From Caldisericia bacterium (GTDB lineage: Bacteria > Caldisericota > Caldisericia > UBA6126 > JAGPKI01): a stretch of DNA of 35,443 bases. The position numbers and the translations under genes were made by a program. The stretch is from assembly GCA_018054005.1 (NCBI GenBank), contig JAGPKI010000002.1:1-35443 (forward strand). Reading direction: 5' to 3'. Below the pieces are notes generated by a model. The model worked only from the letters and a program-made list of their open reading frames with translations, made no database searches and was not told the origin of the DNA. This document shows, in pieces, positions 9,679-20,165 of the stretch; positions within the stretch are counted from its first letter, which is position 1, and each line of letters begins with the position of its first letter.

Positions 9679-11538
9679 TTTCGATTTTTCACTTTTTTCT
9701 TTACTTTCTTGTTCTTCTCTTATTTTTAGTAATTCGAGATACTTATCAAGTTCTTCACCTTCAAGATTTTCTTTTTGTAAAAGTATATTTGACATATCTA
9801 TGATCTCTAATCTTTTAGCATTTATTATGTTCTTTGCCTCTTTATAAGCTTTTTCTATAACTTCATTTACTTCTGCGTCAATTAATTTACCGGTAGATTC
9901 ACTATAGTCTTTTTCCTGAACGAGGTCCTTCCCAAGAAATATTGGACCATGTTCTTTTCCAAAACTTCGAGGGCCTAATAAATTACTCATACCATACTTT
10001 GTTATCATATCATTCGCAAGTTTTGTTACCTGTTCAAGGTCATTTTCAGCTCCTGTTGTAATTTCACCTATTATAATTTCTTCGGCAGCTCTACCACCAA
10101 GAAGTGAACAAATTTTATGAAATAGCTCGTTTTTTGTCATTAAATATTTATCGTCGTAGGGTAGTTGTAAAGTATAGCCTAATGCCATACCTCTTGAAAC
10201 TATGGAAATTTTGTGTACTGGCTCAAGGTCTGGATAATTTATTATCACCGCAGCATGCCCTATTTCGTGTATTGCAATGATCTTTTTTTCTTTTTCATTT
10301 ACAACTCTTTTTTTCTCTGGTCCAGCAAGAACTCTATCAATTGCTTCTTCAATTTCACTCATTTCTATTTTTTTCTTGTTTCTTCTTGCTGTTAGTATTG
10401 CAGCTTCATTTAAAAGATTTTCAAGATCTGCTCCAGTAAAACCTGCTGTTCTCCTTGCAAGAACAGTAAAATCAACTTGTTCATCTATTGGTTTGTTTCG
10501 AGCATGTAATCTTAAGATTTCCTCTCTCTCTATTCTATCTGGCATATCCACAACGACATGTCTATCAAATCTTCCTGGACGCAGAAGTGCTGGATCAAGA
10601 ATGTCAGGTCTGTTTGTCGCTGCAATAACAATTATTCCAATTCGAGGATCATATCCATCCATTTCTACTAAGAGTTGATTTAGGGTTTGTTCTCGTTCAT
10701 CATGTCCTCCACCTAATCCAGCACCTCTATGTCTTCCAACAGCATCTATTTCATCAATAAAAATTAGAGAAGGAGCATACTTTTTAGCCTGCATAAATAA
10801 ATCTCTTACTCGTGAAGCTCCAACACCAACAAACATTTCAACAAATTCAGAACCAGAAACACTAAAGAATGGTACTTTTGCTTCTCCTGATATCGCCCTT
10901 GCAAGCAATGTTTTACCACATCCCGGAGGACCTACAAGAAGTACTCCTTTTGGTATCTTTGCTCCTATAGAAGTAAATTTTTTTGGTTCTTTTAGAAATT
11001 CTACAATTTCTATTAGTTCTTGTTTTGTTTCTTTTAATCCAGCAACATCCTTAAAACTGACTTTTGGTTTATCTTCCATAAAAAGTTTTGCGGTGGTTTT
11101 ACCAAAATTAAAGACTTGGTTTCCACCAGATGATTGCACAGCCCTGCTTAGCATATACCAAAAAAGACCTAAAATTAGTAATGTTGTTCCAATATTAATT
11201 ATTATTCCCCATAAATCAGAACTTGAAGACTGAATAAGCTGGGTTTGAACATTGTTTTCGGCAAGTTTTTCTGTAATTGAAGCTATTAATTCTGGATAAA
11301 TTGTTACAACATATTCGGAACCTTCTTTGAGTTTACCCGTAATTTTATTTCCATGTATCTCCGCAGTATTTATTTTTCCTTCATCAATATAGATAAGGTA
11401 TTCATTATATTTAAGCTGAATAGGGCTTGTGTTTCTACTTATATCAAAAACAAACGATACAATTATTCCTATAAGAATTAAAATAATCAGTGGAAGAAAA
11501 TTAATATTTGACTGTTTCTTTTTATTGTTTTCTGGCAT
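9631..11538 (-). CDS. ftsH: ATP-dependent zinc metalloprotease FtsH
   Basis: 635 aa with two N-terminal TM segments, Walker A GPPGCGKT, Walker [11 protein letters not shown] and zinc site HEIGHA. Part of the tilS-hpt-ftsH conserved cluster. Confidence 0.97.
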   Translation of the reverse strand: MPENNKKKQSNINFLPLIILILIGIIVSFVFDISRNTSPIQLKYNEYLIYIDEGKINTAEIHGNKITGKLKEGSEYVVTIYPELIASITEKLAENNVQTQLIQSSSSDLWGIIINIGTTLLILGLFWYMLSRAVQSSGGNQVFNFGKTTAKLFMEDKPKVSFKDVAGLKETKQELIEIVEFLKEPKKFTSIGAKIPKGVLLVGPPGCGKTLLARAISGEAKVPFFSVSGSEFVEMFVGVGASRVRDLFMQAKKYAPSLIFIDEIDAVGRHRGAGLGGGHDEREQTLNQLLVEMDGYDPRIGIIVIAATNRPDILDPALLRPGRFDRHVVVDMPDRIEREEILRLHARNKPIDEQVDFTVLARRTAGFTGADLENLLNEAAILTARRNKKKIEMSEIEEAIDRVLAGPEKKRVVNEKEKKIIAIHEIGHAAVIINYPDLEPVHKISIVSRGMALGYTLQLPYDDKYLMTKNELFHKICSLLGGRAAEEIIIGEITTGAENDLEQVTKLANDMITKYGMSNLLGPRSFGKEHGPIFLGKDLVQEKDYSESTGKLIDAEVNEVIEKAYKEAKNIINAKRLEIIDMSNILLQKENLEGEELDKYLELLKIREEQESKEKSEKSKLSKPTQHFYMWIFEI

Positions 11539-11556
11539 TAATTTTAAACTCCTTTT

Positions 11557-12096
11557 TTATTTAACTTTATCAACAATAGCTATAAATGGTAGATTCCTAA
11601 AATGTTCATTTACATCCATGCCATATCCTACTACAAAAGCATCCGGGATACTAAACCCACAAAAGTCTAAATCGACCGGTACTTTTCTTCGAGATGGTTT
11701 ATTAAGCAAAGAACAAACTTTTATTGATTTTGGTTCCTTCTTTTTAAATTCTTCTTTTATATATGCAATAGTAAAACCACTATCAACTATATCTTCAACC
11801 AATAAAACATCTCTACCTTTTATGTCCATTTTAATATCTTTTACTATATTAATATTCCCAGAACTCTCAGTATTTGATGCATAACTCGAGACTTCTATAA
11901 AGTCAATTTTTAAGTTTAGATTTATATATCTTATAAGATCGGCAAGGAATACAAAAGCACCTTTTAAAATTCCAATTAAAAATAATTTCTCTTTATAAAA
12001 AGAATTAATTTCTGTTGCTAATTTTTTAACTTTTTCATCAATTTCTTCTTTTGTAAATAATGTACTTTTAATTTTGTATTCAATTTCTTCATTCAT
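11557..12096 (-). CDS. hpt: Hypoxanthine phosphoribosyltransferase
   Basis: 179 aa with the PRPP-binding motif VLLVEDIVDSGFT, positioned between tilS and ftsH. Confidence 0.92.
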   Translation of the reverse strand: MNEEIEYKIKSTLFTKEEIDEKVKKLATEINSFYKEKLFLIGILKGAFVFLADLIRYINLNLKIDFIEVSSYASNTESSGNINIVKDIKMDIKGRDVLLVEDIVDSGFTIAYIKEEFKKKEPKSIKVCSLLNKPSRRKVPVDLDFCGFSIPDAFVVGYGMDVNEHFRNLPFIAIVDKVK

Positions 12097-13106
12097 TAGT
12101 TTTTACCTTCTTTTACTTTTATATTCTCCATTATAATCCAACTACTCTTTATATAAACTTTTATGAATTTATCAAAATATCTAAAATTGTCTGTTTTCAT
12201 TAATCCATTCTTAATATAAACTATTTCTGAATAATAAAAATCTTTTAAAGTCCCCGTAAGTGTTTCTCTAATTTTTCTTAAAATACGAAGCTTAAGCGCA
12301 TCATGAAGGTTTATAAAATAACTTTTAAGTATCAAAACAGAATTATCAGTTCTTACTATATTATCTCCATCAAATTGCTTATCTATTTCTCTATCTATAA
12401 AGCTTTCTTCTATTTTTAAAATTTCTCTAAATTTAAAAATACTATTTTCAAAAGATGGATTTATTTTTCTAATATGAGGTACAATTTCATTTCTTATTCT
12501 ATTTCTACTGTACTTTGTATCCTTATTTGTCTCATCAACTCTAAACTCCAACCTTTTATTTATGTTGTATTCAATCAATTCTTTCTTTGTAAATTCTATT
12601 AAAGGTCTTAATATGCAGCTTTCATAATCGTATAATGGCAATATGTATGCAAATTTTTCAGGACTAGTACCACGAATAAGGTTAAACAATAATGTTTCAA
12701 CAAGATCATCTTTAGTGTGAGCAACGCTGATTTTTGAATAATGATAAGTTCTTTTTAATTCACTAAAATATTTATATCTTATATTTCTTGCTTTTTCTTC
12801 TAATCCCCTGCCATAACTTTTTTCCAATAATTCCTTACCTACATTTAGAACATAACAATCAACTTGTGCTTTTTTGCAAATACTTCTTATTAATTCCTCA
12901 TCTAAGTCACTGTCAGTACCTCTTAAGTTGTAGTTTACATGGGCAACATCGATGAAAATTTTGATTTCTGCTTTTAGTGTTAAAAATAGATCTAATAACG
13001 CTATGGAGTCTGATCCACCAGATACTCCTAAAAGAATTTTATCGTTATCCTTAAGCAGGTTGTTGCTTAATAAAAGTAATTTAAACTTATCGTAAATTGA
13101 GTTCAT
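12096..13106 (-). CDS. tilS: tRNA(Ile)-lysidine synthase
   Basis: PP-loop motif GVSGGSDSIAL and typical TilS length and synteny. The ORF track starts at TTG 13112; ATG at 13106 (MNSIYDKF...) is the likelier start. Confidence 0.9.
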   Translation of the reverse strand: MNSIYDKFKLLLLSNNLLKDNDKILLGVSGGSDSIALLDLFLTLKAEIKIFIDVAHVNYNLRGTDSDLDEELIRSICKKAQVDCYVLNVGKELLEKSYGRGLEEKARNIRYKYFSELKRTYHYSKISVAHTKDDLVETLLFNLIRGTSPEKFAYILPLYDYESCILRPLIEFTKKELIEYNINKRLEFRVDETNKDTKYSRNRIRNEIVPHIRKINPSFENSIFKFREILKIEESFIDREIDKQFDGDNIVRTDNSVLILKSYFINLHDALKLRILRKIRETLTGTLKDFYYSEIVYIKNGLMKTDNFRYFDKFIKVYIKSSWIIMENIKVKEGKN

Positions 13107-13113
13107 TTGCAAT

Positions 13114-13190
13114 TGGTGGCGGCACAGGGAGTCGAACCCCGGACACTACGGGTATGAGCCGTATGCTCTAACCAACTGAGCTATGCCGCC
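13114..13190 (-). tRNA. tRNA with CAT anticodon (most likely elongator tRNA-Met; tRNA-Ile2 not excluded), CCA encoded
   Basis: The reverse complement is GGCGGCATAGCTCAGTTGGTTAGAGCATACGGCTCATACCCGTAGTGTCCGGGGTTCGACTCCCTGTGCCGCCACCA. It folds as a cloverleaf with a 7-bp acceptor stem, anticodon arm TACGG-CTCATAC-CCGTA and T-loop TTCGACT. Confidence 0.9.
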
Positions 13191-13227
13191 TCTTAAAATT
13201 TTATTATTTATACTATTATAATATTTA

Positions 13228-13497
13228 TTATTTTTCTTCAAGGATGATTATTAATTCTCCATCTTTTATCATATCAAATTTTTCTCTTGCAGTTTTTTCA
13301 ACGAATTCAATACTTTTAGCAAATTCAATGTCGGTTTTTAATTTTACAATTTGTTCTTCTAATAAATTGTTTTCAGCTTGAACTTTTTTTAGTTTATCTG
13401 AGATAATTTTATATTTAAAAAGATAACCTACAGTTGATATAATCAATAATACAAAAATAATGTTGAAAATTAGATTTCTAAGGTTTATTTTCTTCAT
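13228..13497 (-). CDS. FtsB/DivIC-like septum formation initiator (single TM plus coiled coil)
   Basis: 89 aa with an N-terminal TM helix, a heptad-rich segment and the C-terminal motif EKTAREKFDMIKDGE typical of the family. Confidence 0.75.
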   Translation of the reverse strand: MKKINLRNLIFNIIFVLLIISTVGYLFKYKIISDKLKKVQAENNLLEEQIVKLKTDIEFAKSIEFVEKTAREKFDMIKDGELIIILEEK

Positions 13498-14077
13498 TCT
13501 TCATAAGTTTAATTGCTTCTTTTATAAGAAAATCAGAATTTTTTATGTCTTTATGGGTTTCAAGAACCTTATTAAGCAGATTTTTAGCTTCATTTGTAGA
13601 AAGCCCTAAATTTGTAAGAGCATTTTTAGCTTCTATGTATGATTCATTATTTATTTTAGGTGATTCTATAAATGTATCAAAGTTATTGAGTTTTTCGCTT
13701 AAATATAGAATTATCTTTCTGGCGCTTTTCTCACCTATCCCTGCTACCTTTTTTAAAGCTTCAAAATTGCTATCTGTAACAATATTAGAAATTTCATCGG
13801 GTGAGTATTTTGAAAGTATATTAAGGGCGACTTTGGAACTCATTTTTGGAATTGATGTTAGTAGGTTGAAAACTTTAATCTCGTTTTCGTTCTTAAACCC
13901 AAAAATATAAAAAGCATCTTCCCTTATAATAAGAACAGTTCTAATGGTTGATTCAGAATTTATATCAAAATTCTCTGGATGGGGAACATATATCTTTAAA
14001 CCAAAACAACCGTTAATTTCAATAACAATGGAATCTTCAAATTTGTTAATTATTTTCCCTTTTAAATAGGTTAGCAT
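13478..14077 (-). CDS. ruvA: Holliday junction branch migration complex subunit RuvA
   Basis: 199 aa with an RuvA-like N-terminus (MLTYLKGKI...) and helix-hairpin-helix segments (VAGIGEKSARKI). Confidence 0.9.
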   Translation of the reverse strand: MLTYLKGKIINKFEDSIVIEINGCFGLKIYVPHPENFDINSESTIRTVLIIREDAFYIFGFKNENEIKVFNLLTSIPKMSSKVALNILSKYSPDEISNIVTDSNFEALKKVAGIGEKSARKIILYLSEKLNNFDTFIESPKINNESYIEAKNALTNLGLSTNEAKNLLNKVLETHKDIKNSDFLIKEAIKLMKNEENKP

Positions 14078-14084
14078 TTTTTCT

Positions 14085-14552
14085 TTAATAAGTTTTTAAA
14101 AAATGGCACATAGCAACTCCAACAGCATCGCAAGCATCATCAGATTTTGGTAATTCAATTTTTAAAATACTTTCTAAAATTATCTTGGTTTCTAACTTTG
14201 ATGCTTTTCCGTACATAGTGAGTGTTTTTTTTACTTCAAGAGGTGTGTACTGAAATATCTGAATATTTAATTGAGCTGCAAGAAGTAAAATTATTCCTCT
14301 AACTTCTTCAATAGTTAAAGCTGTTTTTGTGTTTTTATTAAAATATAACTTTTCGATCGCAAAGCAGTCCGGTGAATATGAATTAGCTTTTTCTTTTAAG
14401 AACTCAAATATTTGATTAAGCCGCTTTTCTGTTTGAATTTTTTTTGTTACAAAATTATTAGTTTCGAGTACTTTAAATGAATCATGTTCATCTTTCTCTA
14501 CTAATGCATAACCAGTATTGGCAATTCCGGGGTCTATCCCAAAAACTAACAC
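14085..14552 (-). CDS. ruvC: Crossover junction endodeoxyribonuclease RuvC
   Basis: 155 aa with an RNase H-like fold signature: GIDPG...GYA at the N-terminus and acidic residues near the C-terminus (DDACDAVGVA). Confidence 0.9.
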   Translation of the reverse strand: MLVFGIDPGIANTGYALVEKDEHDSFKVLETNNFVTKKIQTEKRLNQIFEFLKEKANSYSPDCFAIEKLYFNKNTKTALTIEEVRGIILLLAAQLNIQIFQYTPLEVKKTLTMYGKASKLETKIILESILKIELPKSDDACDAVGVAMCHFLKTY

Positions 14553-14557
14553 TTCCT

Positions 14558-15319
14558 TTAGGTGGATGCAGCAAGAAATTTTTCTATTTCTTCATCAGAA
14601 ATTTCAAAATTAGCAAATACTCGCTGGACATCATCATGGTCTTCTAACTCTGACATCAACCTCATCATACGTTGCGCATCGTCACCTTCAAGCTTAATAC
14701 TTGTATTAGGTATCTTAATTATATCCGAAGATTCAACTTCAAAACCTTCTTTTTCAATCAAATCTTTAGTCTTAAATAAGTTTTCAGGAGTTGTTGTTAA
14801 AGTGTATTTTTCATCTTCTTTTTGTACATCAGAGGCATTAACTTTCATCGCAAGATCGAAAGCTTCCTCTTCGCTTAAAGAATCACTTTTAAGAACAATT
14901 TTGCCAACAGAACTAAACATCCATGAAACACAATTCTGCTCACCAAGACTTCCACCAAATTTTGAGAATAATTTTCTAATTTCAGACATAGTACGATTCT
15001 TATTATCTGTGGTAACTTCGACTATTACAGCTACACCACTTGGCCCATACCCTTCGTAAACTAATTCTTCGTAAGTTGAACCATCATTAAGTTCGCCTGT
15101 TCCTCTTTGAATTGCTCTTTTTATATTATCAGATGGCATACCTGCCGATCTTGCTTTTTCTATTGCTGCACGAAGTTTTGGGTTAGAATCAGGATTACCT
15201 CCTCCTTCCCTTGCAGCTATAGTAACTTCCTTTCCAATCTTTGTAAAAAGCCTACCCCTTGCAGCATCAGCTGCTGTTTTCTTTCCTTTTATGTTATGCC
15301 ATTTAGAATGTCCAGACAT
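14558..15319 (-). CDS. yebC: YebC/PmpR (TACO1) family DNA-binding regulator
   Basis: 253 aa with the highly conserved N-terminus MSGHSKWHNIKGKKTAADAARG. Confidence 0.93.
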   Translation of the reverse strand: MSGHSKWHNIKGKKTAADAARGRLFTKIGKEVTIAAREGGGNPDSNPKLRAAIEKARSAGMPSDNIKRAIQRGTGELNDGSTYEELVYEGYGPSGVAVIVEVTTDNKNRTMSEIRKLFSKFGGSLGEQNCVSWMFSSVGKIVLKSDSLSEEEAFDLAMKVNASDVQKEDEKYTLTTTPENLFKTKDLIEKEGFEVESSDIIKIPNTSIKLEGDDAQRMMRLMSELEDHDDVQRVFANFEISDEEIEKFLAAST

Positions 15320-15336
15320 TGTTAAATTTCCTCCCT

Positions 15337-15897
15337 TTATATAAGATCAATAAACATTTTATGCACCCTTAAATCAGACGTTAATTCTGGATGAAACGTT
15401 AAACCCAGAATTTTATTGCATTTAATAAAGCAAATATTACCTTTACTGTCTTTAGCTAAAATATTTATATCTTTTCCGATACTTTTTATTATGGGTGCTC
15501 TAATAAAAACAGCTCTAAAAGGTTTGTTAAAACTTTCAATATTAATATCTTCTACAAAACTAAATAATTGAGAACCATACCCATTCCTAACAACTTCTAT
15601 ATCAAGGACTTTTAATGAATCCTGCCCTGTATCAACTTTGTTTGCTAAAAGTATTAACCCTGCACAGGTAGCAAGAGTAGGCATACCTTCTAAAATTGCT
15701 TCTTTTAGTGCATCAAACAATCCGTTTTCTTTTAACAGTTTAATATGAGTTGTACTTTCACCCCCTGGAAGAATTATTCCATTTACTTTTGCTAATGTAA
15801 CACTATCTTTTACTTTAACTGCTTCGATATTTAATTTTTCAAGACAAAAAATATGTTCTTCTACTGAACCCTGAAATCCAAGCACACCAACCTTCAT
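15337..15897 (-). CDS. pdxT: Pyridoxal 5'-phosphate synthase glutaminase subunit PdxT
   Basis: 186 aa class-I glutamine amidotransferase (GVLGFQG, ATCAGLILL, FHPE), immediately downstream of pdxS. Confidence 0.93.
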   Translation of the reverse strand: MKVGVLGFQGSVEEHIFCLEKLNIEAVKVKDSVTLAKVNGIILPGGESTTHIKLLKENGLFDALKEAILEGMPTLATCAGLILLANKVDTGQDSLKVLDIEVVRNGYGSQLFSFVEDINIESFNKPFRAVFIRAPIIKSIGKDINILAKDSKGNICFIKCNKILGLTFHPELTSDLRVHKMFIDLI

Positions 15898-15902
15898 TAA
15901 AT

Positions 15903-16787
15903 TTATATTCCTCTAACTTGTAACTTCTCACTCTCCTTAAGAAGGTTGATGTCTATACCTTTCATTGGTTCTCCTAATCCTTCTGATACTGAAGCAATTA
16001 TATCTGGTTCAGTATAATGAGCAGTTGCATCAACAATTGCTTTTGCCATTTTTGGAGGATTAGAAGATTTAAATATTCCTGAACCAACAAAAACCCCATC
16101 AGCACCGAGCTGCATCATTAAAGCAGCATCAGCTGGTGTAGCTACACCTCCAGCTGCAAAATTAATTACTGGTAATCTACCGAGTTTTCTTACTTCAAAG
16201 AGAAGTTCAATTGACACAGAGAGATTTTTTGCTTCAGTATAAAGTTCTTCTTCTGACATACTCGACACTTTTCTTATTTCATCCTGAACTTTTCTCATAT
16301 GTGTTACGGCAGAAACAACGTTTCCTGTACCAGCTTCACCTTTCGTTCTTATCATGGATGCTCCCTCGGATATTCTTCTTAAGGCTTCACCTAAATCTCT
16401 ACAACCACAAACAAATGGTATTTTAAATTTTGTTTTATCTATGTGATGTTCTTCATCTGCTGGAGTTAAGACTTCACTTTCGTCAATGTAGTCTATGCCT
16501 AATGCCTCTAAAACCTGAGCTTCGACGAAATGCCCTATTCTGCATTTAGCCATAACTGGAATAGAAACTGCTTTTTTAATTGCTTTAACTATTAATGGAT
16601 CTGCCATTCTTGCTACTCCGCCTGCAATTCTAATGTCAGCAGGTACTCTCTCAAGTGCCATCACAGCAACTGCACCAGCTTCTTCCGCTATTTTTGCTTG
16701 TTCGGGAGAAGTGACATCCATTATTACTCCACCTTTTAGCATTTGTGCTAAACCTCTATTTGTAATAATTATATCATTTAAAGTCAT
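15903..16787 (-). CDS. pdxS: Pyridoxal 5'-phosphate synthase lyase subunit PdxS
   Basis: 294 aa with highly conserved PdxS blocks ([47 protein letters not shown]). Confidence 0.96.
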   Translation of the reverse strand: MTLNDIIITNRGLAQMLKGGVIMDVTSPEQAKIAEEAGAVAVMALERVPADIRIAGGVARMADPLIVKAIKKAVSIPVMAKCRIGHFVEAQVLEALGIDYIDESEVLTPADEEHHIDKTKFKIPFVCGCRDLGEALRRISEGASMIRTKGEAGTGNVVSAVTHMRKVQDEIRKVSSMSEEELYTEAKNLSVSIELLFEVRKLGRLPVINFAAGGVATPADAALMMQLGADGVFVGSGIFKSSNPPKMAKAIVDATAHYTEPDIIASVSEGLGEPMKGIDINLLKESEKLQVRGI

Positions 16788-17306
16788 TTTAAATCACCAC
16801 CAAATTAATTTATATTAATATTATTATACATAAAACTCTGTTATTTTTCTAAATACTTCTAATAAATTTCTAAAATTGGATCAGTTCAATTAAATCTTAA
16901 TACGTTAGCTCAAAATCAAATATCCTATTGAAGTATATTTTTAAATGGTTCAAGCAACAAGATGTAAAAGTAGAATTAAATATAAATAAAAAAGATAGTA
17001 GTGAATTTTCCTATTTGACTCATTAAATAAGTTGACCTTTTTAAGGTGTGATGATTATTCTCGAGGTTAAGGGAGAGGTAAGCCATACTCGAATTCTTTT
17101 ATCAATGTTCCATTTATTTTTTGCTTTTTGAATCTCAATTTACATGGTAACTTGGAGAAGACAGTATAAGATAACAATTGTCTTCCTTTTAATAAAGAAA
17201 AAAATCATCGATATTTAATTGTTTGAGAATAAAATATAATTTTTTAGATATTATTATCAGGTAGCAATATAAAAATATTTTAAATAAATCAATAAAAAGG
17301 AGAGTA

Positions 17307-18152
17307 ATGGTGGAAAAATATTTCGATAATCCAGGAGAAATTGCTCAAAATTTGGCTGAAAATGTTTGTACCAACAAAGCTAATTTACAACTTATAAGGC
17401 TCATTGTTCTTGGTATACTTGGAGGTGCTTTTATAGCTTTTGGGGGAATGATGTCTACTTTAATCTTATATGATAGCGCGAAATATGTAGGATATGGTAT
17501 TGGGAAATTTATATCTGGAATTGTTTTTAGCCTTGGACTTATATTGGTTGTTGTGGGTGGAGCAGAATTATTCACTGGTAATAACTTAATTATTATGTCA
17601 TTTCTGGATAAAAGAATTTCTCTGTTAAAATTATTGCGAAATTGGATAGTTGTGTATTTATGTAACTTTATTGGGGCATTATTAATGGTTTTGCTGTATT
17701 ATTATAGCGGTTTATGGAAAACAAATGATTATTCGCTCGGAGCTACAATTTTGTCTATAGCTAATACAAAAGTGAATTTCACAGCAATTGAAGCATTTTG
17801 TCGAGGTATACTATGTAATTGGCTTGTATGCCTTGGAATTTGGTTATCTTTTGCCTCAAGTGATATTACTGGTAAAATACTATCAATCGTATTTCCTGTT
17901 ACTGCATTTGTTGCACTTAGCTTTGAACATTGTATAGCCAATATGTATCTAATTCCTATTGGTATTTTTTTAAGTAATAATCAAAAAGTTGTAAGTAGTT
18001 TAAGTCCTTCATTAAATCAATTTACCAATTTAAATATTTATGGTTTTTTTGTAAAGAACTTAATACCTGTAACTATAGGAAACATAATCGGTGGAGCCTT
18101 TTTTGTAGGTTTCTTATATTGGCTGGTTTACCTAAAAAAACAAGAAAAATAA
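17307..18152 (+). CDS. Formate/nitrite transporter (FNT) family channel
   Basis: 281 aa, about 6 TM. FNT signatures GAELFTGN and FEHCIANMY; AGGAG RBS upstream. Substrate cannot be assigned from sequence. Confidence 0.88.
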   Translation: MVEKYFDNPGEIAQNLAENVCTNKANLQLIRLIVLGILGGAFIAFGGMMSTLILYDSAKYVGYGIGKFISGIVFSLGLILVVVGGAELFTGNNLIIMSFLDKRISLLKLLRNWIVVYLCNFIGALLMVLLYYYSGLWKTNDYSLGATILSIANTKVNFTAIEAFCRGILCNWLVCLGIWLSFASSDITGKILSIVFPVTAFVALSFEHCIANMYLIPIGIFLSNNQKVVSSLSPSLNQFTNLNIYGFFVKNLIPVTIGNIIGGAFFVGFLYWLVYLKKQEK

Positions 18153-18387
18153 AAACTTAGTTTATGAATGGTTTATTTTTTATTTAGTGGCACAATAATT
18201 TAACTATAAGCATTTAAAACACAGGTTTAAATTGGAAAACATTTTATTGTATATAGGCTATACTGGTATTATAAGAGGAAAAGTATTCTAATTTTGAGAA
18301 ATAAAATATTTAACATCTTTAGTTATTTTAATTAGTGAGTTTCTTTTTTCTAAAAATCTTTTCTTACTTTTATAGAAGAGGTTTTAA

Positions 18388-20142
18388 TTATTTTGTGCAT
18401 TTATGAAGAATCTCAGTTTTTAATAAATTGAGTATTTCTTCAAAAGTTTTGCTTCCTAAATTTTCACCATGCCTTTTTCTGATGGAAAGAGTACCATTTT
18501 CTTCTTCATTCTTACCTATTATTGCTATATAAGGAATTTTTTCTTCTTCAGCCTTTCTTATTTTTGAATTTAGTCTTTCATTTTCTATGTCAGCAACACA
18601 TCTAATGCCATTTTCTTTAAACTTATCTCTAATTTTAATAACATACTCGTTTACTGATTCTGATATTGAAAGAATTCTAATTTGTTCAGGAGCTATCCAT
18701 AATGGCAAATCTCCACCATAATGCTCTAATAATATACTTATGAACCTTTCAAGGGAGCCAAGTATTGCTCTATGAAGCATAATGGGTGTATGTTCTCTCC
18801 CGTCCTTATCGATATAAGTTAAATTAAATCTTTCTGGAAGATTAAAATCAACCTGAATTGTCGTACATTGCCATTCTCTCTGAAGAGCATCTTTAATCTT
18901 TAGGTCTATTGCTGGACCATAAAATTTAGCTTCTCCATAGTCTACTTGATATTCAATTCCCATAGATTTTACTATTTCTTCGAGTCTTTCTTCAAAAAAG
19001 TCCCATTTAACTGGATCCCCAACATATTTGTCTTTTAAGCTTTTATCTCTAATACTAAGGTAAATCTTATAATCTTCAAATCCGAATGAATGAAGCATAA
19101 ATTTAGCTAAGTCCATAAGATTATAAAGTTCTTCGGTTATTTGGTCTTCTCTACAGAATATATGAGCATCGTCCATAGTAAAACCTCTAACACGGAGAAG
19201 TCCATGTAGAACACCTGATTTTTCATATCTGTAAACATTTCCAAGTTCAAACAATCTAATTGGTAAATCTCTATAACTTCTAATTTCGCTCTGATAAACT
19301 CTTAAATGAAATGGACAATTCATAGGCTTAAGTATGTAAGATTGATTATCGGCTTCCATTGGTGGATACATTGATTCTTTATAATGACTTAAATGTCCAG
19401 AAGTTTGCCATAATGATGATAGTCCTATGTGAGGAGTTTTTATAAGTTCGTACCCCCTCTTTTGGTGAACTGAAACTTCAAATTTTTCAATTATATCTCT
19501 TAAAATTCCTCCTTTTGGTAGCCATATCGGAAGACCAACACCTATTTTTTCGTCAAACATAAACAATTTTAAAGTTTTACCTAATTTTCTATGATCTCTT
19601 TTTTGAACTTCAGACAGAAATTTTAAATATTCCTCAAGCTCAGAAGATGTAAAGAATGCTGTTCCATATATTCTTTGGAGCATTTTGTTAGCTTCGTTAC
19701 CTCTCCAGTATGCACCTGCAACATTTAACAGTTTAAAATATTTCACATCTCCAGTTGAGGATACATGAGGTCCTTTGCAGAGATCAGTAAATTCTCCTTG
19801 AGAATAGATTGTTATTTCTTCATCGCTTATTTCGTCTAATAGTTCTAATTTATAAGTTTCGTTTGCCTCTGAAAATATCCTTCTTGCTTCATCTTTTGTT
19901 ACAATTTTTTTTACTATTGGATAATTTGCATCTATTATCTTTCTCATTTCCTCTTCAATTATTGGAAGATCTTCTGGAACAAAACGATGTTCACTATCAA
20001 AATCATAATAAAAACCATTCTCGATGGAAGGACCTATTGCAAGCTTTGTATCTTTAAAAAGCCGCTTTACTGCTTGAGCAAGAATATGTGAAGCAGAATG
20101 TCTCAATGTATCAATGTTTATTTCTTTGTCATTTTCTTCCAT
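18388..20142 (-). CDS. thrS: Threonine--tRNA ligase (form lacking the N-terminal TGS domain)
   Basis: 584 aa beginning at the editing-domain motif (LRHSASHILAQAV). Contains the class II core and anticodon-binding domain (HRAILGSLERF, IPYIAIIGKNE). Confidence 0.93.
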   Translation of the reverse strand: MEENDKEINIDTLRHSASHILAQAVKRLFKDTKLAIGPSIENGFYYDFDSEHRFVPEDLPIIEEEMRKIIDANYPIVKKIVTKDEARRIFSEANETYKLELLDEISDEEITIYSQGEFTDLCKGPHVSSTGDVKYFKLLNVAGAYWRGNEANKMLQRIYGTAFFTSSELEEYLKFLSEVQKRDHRKLGKTLKLFMFDEKIGVGLPIWLPKGGILRDIIEKFEVSVHQKRGYELIKTPHIGLSSLWQTSGHLSHYKESMYPPMEADNQSYILKPMNCPFHLRVYQSEIRSYRDLPIRLFELGNVYRYEKSGVLHGLLRVRGFTMDDAHIFCREDQITEELYNLMDLAKFMLHSFGFEDYKIYLSIRDKSLKDKYVGDPVKWDFFEERLEEIVKSMGIEYQVDYGEAKFYGPAIDLKIKDALQREWQCTTIQVDFNLPERFNLTYIDKDGREHTPIMLHRAILGSLERFISILLEHYGGDLPLWIAPEQIRILSISESVNEYVIKIRDKFKENGIRCVADIENERLNSKIRKAEEEKIPYIAIIGKNEEENGTLSIRKRHGENLGSKTFEEILNLLKTEILHKCTK

Positions 20143-20165
20143 ATTTTACACCTCTTTTTGAAAAA

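Noticed and set aside
833-15325. Numerous 60-165-aa ORFs antisense to or inside annotated genes (e.g. 833-1030, 1225-1548, 3804-4094, 5228-5560, 10277-10678, 11429-11884, 13545-13910, 14562-15059, 15107-15325)
   Set aside because: These are shadow ORFs on the opposite strand of strongly supported conserved genes, with no motifs or RBS.
16788-17306. Fluoride (crcB) or ZTP (pfl) riboswitch upstream of the FNT gene
   Set aside because: I could not find the conserved core sequences of either motif; only generic hairpins are present.
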